A DNA stretch of 39,389 nucleotides from NCBI GenBank assembly GCA_964500555.1, contig CAZCOZ010000001.1, positions 13,708 through 53,096 on the forward strand, in the 5' to 3' direction. Origin of the DNA: an uncultured Thiotrichaceae bacterium. GTDB taxonomy: Bacteria; Pseudomonadota; Gammaproteobacteria; SZUA-229. The position numbers and the translations under genes are program-made. The notes under the pieces are model-generated. The model made no database searches and had not been told where the DNA came from. It saw nothing but the letters and a program-made list of their open reading frames with translations. This document shows positions 23,775 through 31,551 of the stretch, in pieces (position 1 is the stretch's first letter; each line of letters begins with the position of its first letter).

Positions 23775-24989
23775 TTAGAGATTAATAATAGTTTGCGTTA
23801 TCGTATCTTCAGCTTGAATGGTTTGTGCATTCGCCTGGAAATTACGTTGCGCAACAATCATGCGAACAAGTTGAGCCGTTAAATCGACATTTGATTCTTC
23901 CAGTGCATTAGACTGTAGTAAACCAAGACCTGCAGTACCGGGTCCACTCACCACTGGCGAACCTGATGAAAATGTTTCCACCCATGAGGTATTACCAATG
24001 GGTTTTAAACCTTGTGTATTTGCAAAATTCGCTAATACCACTTGCGCAACAACCTGCGACTGCCCATTACTGTAACGCGCAAACACATGACCGGTATCAC
24101 CAACGTCCACTGCAAGTAACTGTCCTGCGGTATAACCATCCTGACTTAGTGCATTGACTGAAAAATTACTACCGAATTGCGTGCTGTCAGATAAATCAAT
24201 AGAAAAAGACTGCGATGCCGCACCACCACCTGGATTCCAGGCAATAGGAATGTTTGCCGGTGCGTTATAAGAACCATCGCTATTAAAAGTTATCGCTGTC
24301 GTATCCTCTAAAACACCGTTAACGATGGTTCTTACATTCCATTCATTAGGATTTGTTGCTGGATCAAACTTACTAAAATACATCGAAATTGTATGATCAT
24401 TTCCTAAACTATCATAGATTGTTGTCGTGGTTGATGAGTTATAACCAGCGGTTTCAGGTACGCCACCAACCAGCGCCCAACTTGGATCCGTTTCATCCTC
24501 ACGCACATCAAAGTTAGCACCAACAGATATTGAATTTGTTGGTTTTGCACTAAGATTCGCATTGGTGAGTTGCAACGGGGAAATAGCACCTGTTATTGCA
24601 CCATTATCGTCCGCCTCTCTTGCCATCAATGCATATCCTTCGTTACTGACAACGTTGCCAGTGGAATCAAGTTTGAAGTTTCCTGATCGCGTATAAATCA
24701 ACGAACCGTTTGACTCTAGTTGAAAAAAACCTTCTCCACCAATTGCAAGGTCTAATGGATTATCCGTAAAAGCAATACCACCATGTGCAAATTGTTGCTC
24801 AACCGTGTGCAATCGAACGCCTTGTCCAATCGCTGAACCGGCCGCCAAAATATTCGATGCATATACATCCGAGAACTCTGCCCGTGATGATTTAAATCCT
24901 GTCGTCGCAGAATTGGCAATGTTATTACCAATAATAGCTAAATCACTTGATGCGGTCTGGATACCACTTAATGCTGTATTGAATCCCAT
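23775..24989 (-). CDS. flgE: Flagellar hook protein FlgE
   Basis: 404 aa. N-terminus MGFNTALSGIQTASSDLAIIGNNIANSATTGFKSSRAEF and C-terminus LEESNVDLTAQLVRMIVAQRNFQANAQTIQAEDTI. Confidence 0.95.
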   Translation of the reverse strand: MGFNTALSGIQTASSDLAIIGNNIANSATTGFKSSRAEFSDVYASNILAAGSAIGQGVRLHTVEQQFAHGGIAFTDNPLDLAIGGEGFFQLESNGSLIYTRSGNFKLDSTGNVVSNEGYALMAREADDNGAITGAISPLQLTNANLSAKPTNSISVGANFDVREDETDPSWALVGGVPETAGYNSSTTTTIYDSLGNDHTISMYFSKFDPATNPNEWNVRTIVNGVLEDTTAITFNSDGSYNAPANIPIAWNPGGGAASQSFSIDLSDSTQFGSNFSVNALSQDGYTAGQLLAVDVGDTGHVFARYSNGQSQVVAQVVLANFANTQGLKPIGNTSWVETFSSGSPVVSGPGTAGLGLLQSNALEESNVDLTAQLVRMIVAQRNFQANAQTIQAEDTITQTIINL

Positions 24990-25058
24990 ATTTTTCTCCT
25001 GTCTTTTTGCTTATTTATTTAATGCAAATTTATGTTGAATTTATATAACTTAAAATAG

Positions 25059-25751
25059 TTACTTAATTTTTTGAACTTCATTAAGTGATACTGATTGCCC
25101 ATTAACAAGATTTAATACTGCACCTGCTAATGAACCATCAGTACTTTGATTTAAAGAGATACTGTCTACCTTTGTTTCTACTGATACATCTACACCTTGT
25201 TTATCTCCTCCAATTAATGCTTCAGCTGTGACTAAATAATTTCCTGGTGGCGATACACTTCCATCATCAGAAAAACCATCCCATTTAAACTGCAAGTCAC
25301 CTGAAGATTGCCCACCAAGAGGTAGTACTTTTACCTGTTCACCTCGACTATTAAAAATATTTATAGTCACGTCACTTGTTCGTTGTTCTAAATTAATTTG
25401 CCCACTAATGGTATTACCCGTCGTTAAAAAACCTTGCCCACCAGGCAATAACACGGATTTACCAACCAGGCTTGCAGCCTGTAATGATTGATCTGAAGAA
25501 AGTTTTCCTGCCAATGTATCAAAAGAATTCTGCAATTCATTTAACCCATTCACCATAGACGATTGTGTTAGTTGACTCATAAACTGACTTGGATCCATTG
25601 GCTTAGTTGGATCCTGGTTCTTAACTTGTGCAACAAGCAATTCAATAAAGTTAGCCTGAGTTAATTCATCTCTTGGTTTTTCCGCTTCAGCCACATTATT
25701 GGTAACTGGATTAATAGATATAAAACTGTTGTTAACTGCTAGCTCTGACAT
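25059..25751 (-). CDS. flgD: Hook assembly/capping protein FlgD
   Basis: 230 aa. ANFIELLVAQVKNQDPTKPMDPSQFMSQLTQSSMVNGL, followed by an Ig-like/FlgD C-terminal domain. Confidence 0.92.
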   Translation of the reverse strand: MSELAVNNSFISINPVTNNVAEAEKPRDELTQANFIELLVAQVKNQDPTKPMDPSQFMSQLTQSSMVNGLNELQNSFDTLAGKLSSDQSLQAASLVGKSVLLPGGQGFLTTGNTISGQINLEQRTSDVTINIFNSRGEQVKVLPLGGQSSGDLQFKWDGFSDDGSVSPPGNYLVTAEALIGGDKQGVDVSVETKVDSISLNQSTDGSLAGAVLNLVNGQSVSLNEVQKIK

Positions 25752-25808
25752 TCTTTACTCCGTATATATTTTTCACTTTAAAAGTAACGTATAACATTAA
25801 TGATTAAA

Positions 25809-26228
25809 TTAACGTCCCATATTTAATGTTTTAAGAAGTAACTGTTTAGATGTATTAAATACTTCAACATTATTTTGATATGAACGTGAAGCCGCCATCA
25901 TATTTGCCATTTCCTCAATCGCATTCACATTCGATTTATAGATATAACCCTGTTTATTCGCTAGTGGATGATGTGGCTGGTATTCCTGCCTGGCTTCTGC
26001 TGTACTTTCAACTATTCCAGATACCCGTACCGAAACAGATGATGAGACATTACCGTTATCCATAGTATTCATTACCGAGGAGAATATTGGCTGACGGGAT
26101 TTGTATGCATCTTTTGAATTACCGCTTACGACATCTGCATTGGCGAGATTACTGGCCACAGTGTTAAGTCTTACAGACTGAGCGCTCATTGATGAACCGA
26201 CAACATTAAATATATTATAAAGTGACAT
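25809..26228 (-). CDS. flgC: Flagellar proximal rod protein FlgC
   Basis: 139 aa. SAQSVRLNTVASNLANADVV ... SNVNAIEEMANMMAASRSYQNNVEVFNTSKQLLLKTL. RBS is AGGAGA. Confidence 0.96.
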   Translation of the reverse strand: MSLYNIFNVVGSSMSAQSVRLNTVASNLANADVVSGNSKDAYKSRQPIFSSVMNTMDNGNVSSSVSVRVSGIVESTAEARQEYQPHHPLANKQGYIYKSNVNAIEEMANMMAASRSYQNNVEVFNTSKQLLLKTLNMGR

Positions 26229-26242
26229 AATTACTCTCCTGA

Positions 26243-26653
26243 CTATTCGCCTTTCAACGCGGCCATCATGCCTTTAAATTTACCGCCCAGAAAAGTAAGG
26301 CTAGCCTGATAATGCAAAGCATTTTCTGCGAATGAACTTTTTTCAATTTGTCCATCAACCGTATTACCATCCAGCGATGGTTGAAGAGGGACACGATAAA
26401 GTACGTCAGCAGTATTCACTGCAGTGTTAATTTGTATATGTTTTGAATGCGTGCGAGTGAGTGAGCTAGCAAATTTTGCATCGTTAGATTGTGCATTTAC
26501 ACTTGCCAAAGCAGATTTAAAATCAATATCTCTTGCCTTATATCCAGGGGTATCCGCGTTTGCGATATTCGACGCAAGGACTTCTGCGCGTTGCGACCTT
26601 AACGCTAATGCTTGCTGGTGGATTCCAAGAGCGGAATCAAATGTTATCGACAT
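26243..26653 (-). CDS. flgB: Flagellar proximal rod protein FlgB
   Basis: ALRSQRAEVLASNIANADTPGYKARD ... ENALHYQASLTFLGGKFKGMMAAL. The ORF-track start at 26665 is a TTG. The ATG at 26653 is preceded by GGAG at 6-nt spacing and fits the sigma-54 promoter at 26691..26706. Confidence 0.95.
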   Translation of the reverse strand: MSITFDSALGIHQQALALRSQRAEVLASNIANADTPGYKARDIDFKSALASVNAQSNDAKFASSLTRTHSKHIQINTAVNTADVLYRVPLQPSLDGNTVDGQIEKSSFAENALHYQASLTFLGGKFKGMMAALKGE

Positions 26654-26690
26654 ATTGCACTCCAACTTTAATTATTCTTGCGAACTAAAA

Positions 26691-26706
26691 TGCAATCGGT
26701 GTGCCA
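26691..26706 (-). promoter_or_regulatory. Sigma-54 -24/-12 promoter of the flgB operon
   Basis: The minus strand reads TGGCAC-ACCGA-TTGCA, a perfect match to TGGCAC-N5-TTGCA. It lies about 38 nt upstream of the flgB ATG. Confidence 0.85.
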
Positions 26707-27168
26707 ACTTTTAAAAATTAATAATTTGTAATTGATAATTCCCCAAAACACCTACTCTGTCGGTGTTTACATTGAATAAAACATTACTAAAAATATTACA
26801 TAAGAATAAGGAGTCTTTACATTGTCAAAAAAAGAATAGGATCAGCGGCAAGATATGTCCTGTGGGTGGCAAATATTTGTCATTAAAAATGGATGCCGGT
26901 GCTCGCAAAACAAACATGCAACATAGCTTACTTTTAAGATAGTAATCAATTACTTAATTTATACGGTAAAGCACAAAACTGTAATGATTTAAATGATGAC
27001 GACGAATGATAGTGGCGACAAGATTGTCACTCTAAAACACTTAAGAAATATTTATTTTTATTCGCTATAAAAAATTATAGCTAACGTAGCTAACTGAAGT
27101 AGTTAACTAAGAAAAAATAATAAGAAATGAATATATGTCATATGAAATTACACATACATCGAGCCCAG

Positions 27169-27669
27169 TTAGACTTGTACTAGAGATCGTTTGTCCGATG
27201 ATTTAATCGTTTGTCCGGTATGATTATACAATTCGGACATAGATGACGAGCCAGGTAGAATACCATGCAATATATCCAGTGCATGACGTGATTGTTTTGA
27301 AACTGATTCTACGATGCTGCCATTAATACGATTTTTTTCACGGCAGGTTTCTGCTATATCAACCAGTTTATTCCATAAATCTGCTAGTTCTTGATCTGAA
27401 CCAAATTGATAGTTTTTGCTTCTACCCTTATCAGCAACTGCTACAGTTTTAAATGCTGCGAGTAGTTTTTCACGATGTATAGAAAATGATTCCAGCTGCT
27501 GAATTTTTTCCTGTTTTTCTCGAACGACATCTTCCAGTGTAGCGGCATGCTGTTCAGTTAAAGCTTCATATTCTAAATCCAATGATTGCAATAGCTTTTG
27601 AGCACATTCAATTTCATTTTGAAATGCTTGCCTGATCGCGTCCCGATTACTGTTATCGAAAGTATCCAC
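27169..27669 (-). CDS. flgN: Flagellar chaperone FlgN (for FlgK/FlgL); GTG start
   Basis: 166-aa helical protein following flgM. The N-terminal pattern (..ECAQKLLQSLDLEYEALTEQHAATLEDVVREKQEKIQQLE) is FlgN-like. RBS GAGGA lies 7 nt before the GTG. Confidence 0.8.
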   Translation of the reverse strand: MDTFDNSNRDAIRQAFQNEIECAQKLLQSLDLEYEALTEQHAATLEDVVREKQEKIQQLESFSIHREKLLAAFKTVAVADKGRSKNYQFGSDQELADLWNKLVDIAETCREKNRINGSIVESVSKQSRHALDILHGILPGSSSMSELYNHTGQTIKSSDKRSLVQV

Positions 27670-27776
27670 TGGTTTATCCTCATTTATTCACAAATATATT
27701 CATTACGAATGATTACAAAAGATGCCGACTAAAAGACGACTACTAAAAATTACTATTAAACTTATTTATCTTAAGC

Positions 27777-28094
27777 TTACTTATCTGATGTCAATACGGT
27801 CTCGAATTTCATTAACTTATCAGCAATTTTATCTGTATCAATTTTAAACGAACCGTCACTAATCGCCTGTTTAACTTGCTCAACGCGTTTTGCATCAACA
27901 ACAGGTGCGGTAATAGCGGTGTTATCAACCTTACCAAGCTGTACCGCATTATCAGAAAGACTAACCGTATCAGCTGTCGATGATTTACCTGATTCAACAT
28001 GCTTCTGTTGTTGTTCAAGAGCGGGTTTAAGTTGACTATCATCCTTCGGCGCATGCACCTTAGGTGTCGATATCCCATTGATATCTATAGACAT
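27777..28094 (-). CDS. flgM: Anti-sigma-28 factor FlgM
   Basis: 105 aa. A disordered N-terminus is followed by C-terminal VDAKRVEQVKQAISDGSFKIDTDKIADKLM, typical of FlgM. RBS is AGGAG. Confidence 0.88.
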   Translation of the reverse strand: MSIDINGISTPKVHAPKDDSQLKPALEQQQKHVESGKSSTADTVSLSDNAVQLGKVDNTAITAPVVDAKRVEQVKQAISDGSFKIDTDKIADKLMKFETVLTSDK

Positions 28095-28159
28095 AATTTT
28101 ACTCCTACTATTTTATGTTGGTATTTTGTGCTGGTATCTTACATTCATTCTCACATATG

Positions 28160-28186
28160 TTAACGGCAGTAAGACCAAAATCTTTA
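28160..28186 (-). promoter_or_regulatory. Sigma-28 (FliA) promoter of flgM-flgN
   Basis: The minus strand reads TAAAGATT-N11-GCCGTTAA (7/8 in each box), in the flgA-flgM spacer. This is the classical position of the class-3 flgMN promoter. Confidence 0.8.
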
Positions 28187-28200
28187 ATTTCATTAAACAA

Positions 28201-28920
28201 TTAAATATCAACTTCTACTTCAGCAGATGACGTTATTACACCCTCTACCTTTTGCCGCGATTTCATATTCATCACATTTATACGATCGCCAATCGCACCA
28301 TTATTCAGCGCTTTCCCCATCATTCTTACCTGCATTCGTCCTGAGTGCGCCAGTATCGACACCTTTTGACCACGTTTTATCACCTGTGGTTTTTTTAACA
28401 TCGCTGGCGTCAATACAGTATCGACTAAAATGTGCCTTTTGACTTTCATTCCGGTGCCTATTTTTATACTTTCAAAATAACCATAAGATAGACGCGATAC
28501 ATCCTGTTTTATTAACTTTAGATCAGACTCCGTTAAAATGTCGCCTCTTTGTAAAGTATGTGTAACAGCAAGTACCTTCTTATACACACTTATCGTGACA
28601 GGAACATGTAATGACCAGGGTTTTGTACCTGTACATTTTACCCCAACCGTCGTTTTACCCATTATACGACTACCTTTAGGCAAAAATGCGCGTAATGCTT
28701 TATTGCATTTTTTTAACTTTAGCCTGGAGTCCAATCTCCCCGTTACTATCTCCGTCGATTGCTTATCTTTCGACGTGACACGATCACGAATAAAACTTTT
28801 AGCCGTCTGATAAATACTGTCATGACTTTGAAAAGATTCAGCAGCAGAAACAGATGACGTTGTACATAAAAGAATGAACAAACTGATATAGTTGAAAAAT
28901 TGATTATTTTTATTCATCAT
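28201..28920 (-). CDS. flgA: Flagellar P-ring assembly chaperone FlgA
   Basis: 239 aa. A signal peptide is followed by a SAF-like region and C-terminal RGQKVSILAHSGRMQVRMMGKALNNGAIGDRINVMNMKSRQKVEGVI. Confidence 0.9.
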   Translation of the reverse strand: MMNKNNQFFNYISLFILLCTTSSVSAAESFQSHDSIYQTAKSFIRDRVTSKDKQSTEIVTGRLDSRLKLKKCNKALRAFLPKGSRIMGKTTVGVKCTGTKPWSLHVPVTISVYKKVLAVTHTLQRGDILTESDLKLIKQDVSRLSYGYFESIKIGTGMKVKRHILVDTVLTPAMLKKPQVIKRGQKVSILAHSGRMQVRMMGKALNNGAIGDRINVMNMKSRQKVEGVITSSAEVEVDI

Positions 28921-28926
28921 TGATAG

Positions 28927-30156
28927 TTAGTTATTTCTTATCCGGCTACCCTTAACACCATATTTAGCCGCTGCATTGTGGACAAATAATTTTGCTTCAT
29001 CCAGATCCGTAAAACCACTAACACTGATTCTATATACCTGCTTCCCTTTAACAACTGCTTTTTCAAGCGAGGGGGATAATCCTGCAATATCCAGTCTTTC
29101 CAGCATTTTATTGGCTTTACTTTCATTACTTAATGAAACCAGATTCACGGTCAAAATAGATTTAATTTTTTTACTTTCCTGAATGTTGCCAGCTATTTTT
29201 TCATCATTTTTACTCTGTATTTTTTCCTCTTTAGCTTTAAGTTCAATGTTTTTAGATGAAAGATTTGAGGAGGTAACATTACCACTCATCTTAGTATTAT
29301 CCAGTTTATTAACATCTATAATGCTGATGTTATTTTCTGTATTAATTTTTTTCTGGTTAATATTGTCTGCTTTAATTTTATCGGCTTTAATCTTATTCTT
29401 CACCAACTCCAACTCTTTTCTCAATGAACGAATATCACTCGTTAACGTACTAACGCTACCTGCAATCAACGTTAATTCATTCGTTGGTAATGGCACAGGA
29501 ATTATATCTATCGGTAGTATCGCCATTGACTGTATTTTTGCCTCCTGTATCTCATTGGGCTTCTTTAAAAACCTGTCACCCATTTTGGTTTTATGTTCAC
29601 GATCTATTACAGTGTAATTAGTATTAACATTCTGTACTGTTTGCTGAATAGAACTTTTTACATATGAATCTAACTTGTACATAGCCAGTCCCACTACCAC
29701 TATAGAAACAATAAATAAGAGTAACAGCTGTGTTCGCGTTATAGAATTAAATAATTCGCCAATAGAAGATGCACCTGATGAAAGCTGAAAAGTATCTTCT
29801 GACATATCGACACCCTTATGATTACCTTCAATTTGGTTCACACCCGATTCGTTACTGTTACTATTATTGCTACTGTTAGTATTTCTTTTATTGATCTGTC
29901 TTTTATTAATGGTTTTATCATAAGCAGGAGCGTTATCCTGTATGCTAGACAACACACTGCTTAAGTTATAATTTCCCGACGAATCATTTTTACCAGGGTT
30001 CTCTCTATTTTGGATGCCTCTATTTTTTAAAGAGCCCCCCTTTGCTTTTTTTATTGCTCTGTCATCTGCAGTTGTATTTAACAAATTAGTCGAATAATCA
30101 GATAGCATTGAATCTGTATCAACTGGACCACTACAAGCGGCTACTAGCGATGACAT
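28927..30156 (-). CDS. Bitopic SPOR-domain (septal/denuded peptidoglycan-binding) protein with an N/S-rich N-terminus and a coiled-coil linker
   Basis: 409 aa. N/S/K-rich low-complexity N-terminal region, one TM helix (LLLLFIVSIVVVGLAMY), a coiled-coil stretch (RSLRKELELVKNKIKADKIKADNI), and a C-terminal SPOR-like domain (LTVNLVSLSNESKANKMLERLDIAGLSPSLEKAVVKGKQVYRISVSGFTDLDEAKLF). This is a DamX/FtsN-like architecture. The start overlaps the upstream stop (TAATG), and the stop is 6 nt before the flgA ATG. Confidence 0.8.
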   Translation of the reverse strand: MSSLVAACSGPVDTDSMLSDYSTNLLNTTADDRAIKKAKGGSLKNRGIQNRENPGKNDSSGNYNLSSVLSSIQDNAPAYDKTINKRQINKRNTNSSNNSNSNESGVNQIEGNHKGVDMSEDTFQLSSGASSIGELFNSITRTQLLLLFIVSIVVVGLAMYKLDSYVKSSIQQTVQNVNTNYTVIDREHKTKMGDRFLKKPNEIQEAKIQSMAILPIDIIPVPLPTNELTLIAGSVSTLTSDIRSLRKELELVKNKIKADKIKADNINQKKINTENNISIIDVNKLDNTKMSGNVTSSNLSSKNIELKAKEEKIQSKNDEKIAGNIQESKKIKSILTVNLVSLSNESKANKMLERLDIAGLSPSLEKAVVKGKQVYRISVSGFTDLDEAKLFVHNAAAKYGVKGSRIRNN

Positions 30157-31094
30157 TAGTGCTTACCTACCTGTAACGGCTTAACTTCAGAATGATTATC
30201 AACACCATTTTTTCCAAGTGCTTTTTCGAGAAGTAATGATTTTTTTGCTCGAAGCATTAACTTACTCGCTGTATCCTCATAGGTAACTGTAGTCGCGCTC
30301 ACACTTATAGTGAATTCAATACTATTGTCTAAATAAATACATTTATCCATAAGAATAAAATCTTTTATTCTTTCAGCTGCTTCCTTCGCCTCACTATTTT
30401 CAGTACTAGGTAAAAACACAAGAAACTCATCAGCATTATTACGATAAACAATATCACTACTGCGCGCTTTTCTTTCTAACCTTCTTGAAACTTCAATAAG
30501 AAGTGCATCACCTGCAGCCCGACCATACTGACTATTAATCAGATCAAAGTCATCAATGTCAAATAACAAAATTGAAAACGGTGTTTTATAACGCTGCGCT
30601 CTTCTTACTTCTAATTCGGCTATATCCTGATAGTTATACCCACTTCTTAACCCTGTCAATTCATCACGCTGCGAAAACTGTATGGATTTTTTATAGCGTA
30701 AAGCATTACGTAACGGTAGAGTCAAACCGGCTAGTAGCACCTCAATAATTTCAATTTCATAATCCAGAAAAACACTGTCTCTCGATATTGATATCGTGCC
30801 TAATATTTCTTCTTCATATCTAAGAGTATAAATACAACTCGGATGACCTATTGTTCCATTGAGGAGATAAGTTTTTGTTGCCTCATCATTATATTCAATG
30901 CCATTACACAGAACCTTTTCTCTAAACACGTCATTAAAGTTATCCAATAACTGATAAACATCCAGTGTTTCATGTAGGTGATTAACAAACGTATCTGTTA
31001 CAGGTTCATCAACAGAATTTGCCATCATATTTTCAATCGTATAGTCCGTATAGTTTTTTTCGCTAACGTGTGTGTTGTTATTCGTTTCAGACAT
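30156..31094 (-). CDS. Degenerate GGDEF-domain protein (A-site NADEF, I-site RSSD retained) with an uncharacterised N-terminal sensor domain
   Basis: GGDEF-fold signature RDELTGL..FSILLFDIDDFDLINSQYGRAAGDALL...RSSDIVYRNNADEFLVFL. GG(D/E)EF is replaced by NADEF, and RxxD sits exactly 5 residues upstream. I prefer the ATG at 31094 (GAGGG RBS 8 nt upstream) over the ORF-track ATG at 31142, which has no RBS. Confidence 0.85.
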   Translation of the reverse strand: MSETNNNTHVSEKNYTDYTIENMMANSVDEPVTDTFVNHLHETLDVYQLLDNFNDVFREKVLCNGIEYNDEATKTYLLNGTIGHPSCIYTLRYEEEILGTISISRDSVFLDYEIEIIEVLLAGLTLPLRNALRYKKSIQFSQRDELTGLRSGYNYQDIAELEVRRAQRYKTPFSILLFDIDDFDLINSQYGRAAGDALLIEVSRRLERKARSSDIVYRNNADEFLVFLPSTENSEAKEAAERIKDFILMDKCIYLDNSIEFTISVSATTVTYEDTASKLMLRAKKSLLLEKALGKNGVDNHSEVKPLQVGKH

Positions 31095-31318
31095 ATTATT
31101 AGCCCTCGTATTAATCGTTGTAATGTATAAAGCAACTACCATGCCAAAAAATAATATTTAACTATAACAATAGCTTGAAATCTAATTCTTTAACTGTGAC
31201 AAAAATTTGTCGATACAAAAATACACAACATCGGATAACTGCTAGAAAAATGGCAGTATTTTGACACTCGGTAGAATGCAATATTTTTAACTATTTCGTC
31301 ATAGTTAAAAAATAACAT

Positions 31319-31346
31319 TAAAGTTTCCTTTCAGATAATCCGATAA
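31319..31346 (+). promoter_or_regulatory. Sigma-28 (FliA) promoter facing the REC-Hpt-REC-PAS-GGDEF-EAL gene
   Basis: The plus strand reads TAAAGTTT-N12-TCCGATAA. The -35 is exact and the -10 matches 7/8. It lies about 205 nt upstream of the ATG at 31552. Confidence 0.7.
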
Positions 31347-31551
31347 CAGGAGAAATGCCAATAGAATTCATCTAACGACTTAAAAACAACACGACTATTT
31401 AAATATAACTATTCAATAGACAACTAGTACGAAAATTATGTCTTTACCAAATCTATCTTTACCAAAAGAAATAATATCATCATCAAAAGCTGATAATTCA
31501 AATGTTGATTATGAAACATTTATTATAAAAGTATGGGTTGTGAAGTAACTA

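Noticed and set aside
26654-26665. Longer flgB start (TTG at 26665) given by the ORF track; likewise the TTG/GTG track starts for fliG (4970), fliH (3967) and flaG (11901)
   Set aside because: In each case a nearby downstream ATG has a properly spaced Shine-Dalgarno sequence or a typical stop/start overlap with the preceding gene. I therefore used the ATG starts. The uncertainty is 4 to 7 codons.
26855-26926. 23-aa Cys-rich plus-strand mini-ORF (MSCGWQIFVIKNGCRCSQNKHAT*) in the flgN-flgB gap
   Set aside because: It is very short, has a weak RBS, and lies opposite to the surrounding transcription. It cannot be distinguished from chance.
29183-29617. 144-aa plus-strand ORF, and similar plus-strand or nested ORFs in the track (e.g. 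645..860, 1549..1908, 3336..3653, 12762..13094, 14323..14670, 21552..21893, 28538..28810, 33972..34271)
   Set aside because: All lie antisense to, or out of frame within, strongly supported genes. They are hydrophobic or low complexity, as expected for antisense AT-rich coding DNA, and lack RBS or motif support.
31438-31548. 36-codon upstream ORF (MSLPNLSLPKEIISSSKADNSNVDYETFIIKVWVVK*) in the same frame as, and ending 3 nt before, the 1030-aa gene
   Set aside because: There is no convincing RBS and no recognisable peptide features. The in-frame TAA separates it cleanly from the main ORF. It could be a leader peptide, but nothing in the sequence supports that.
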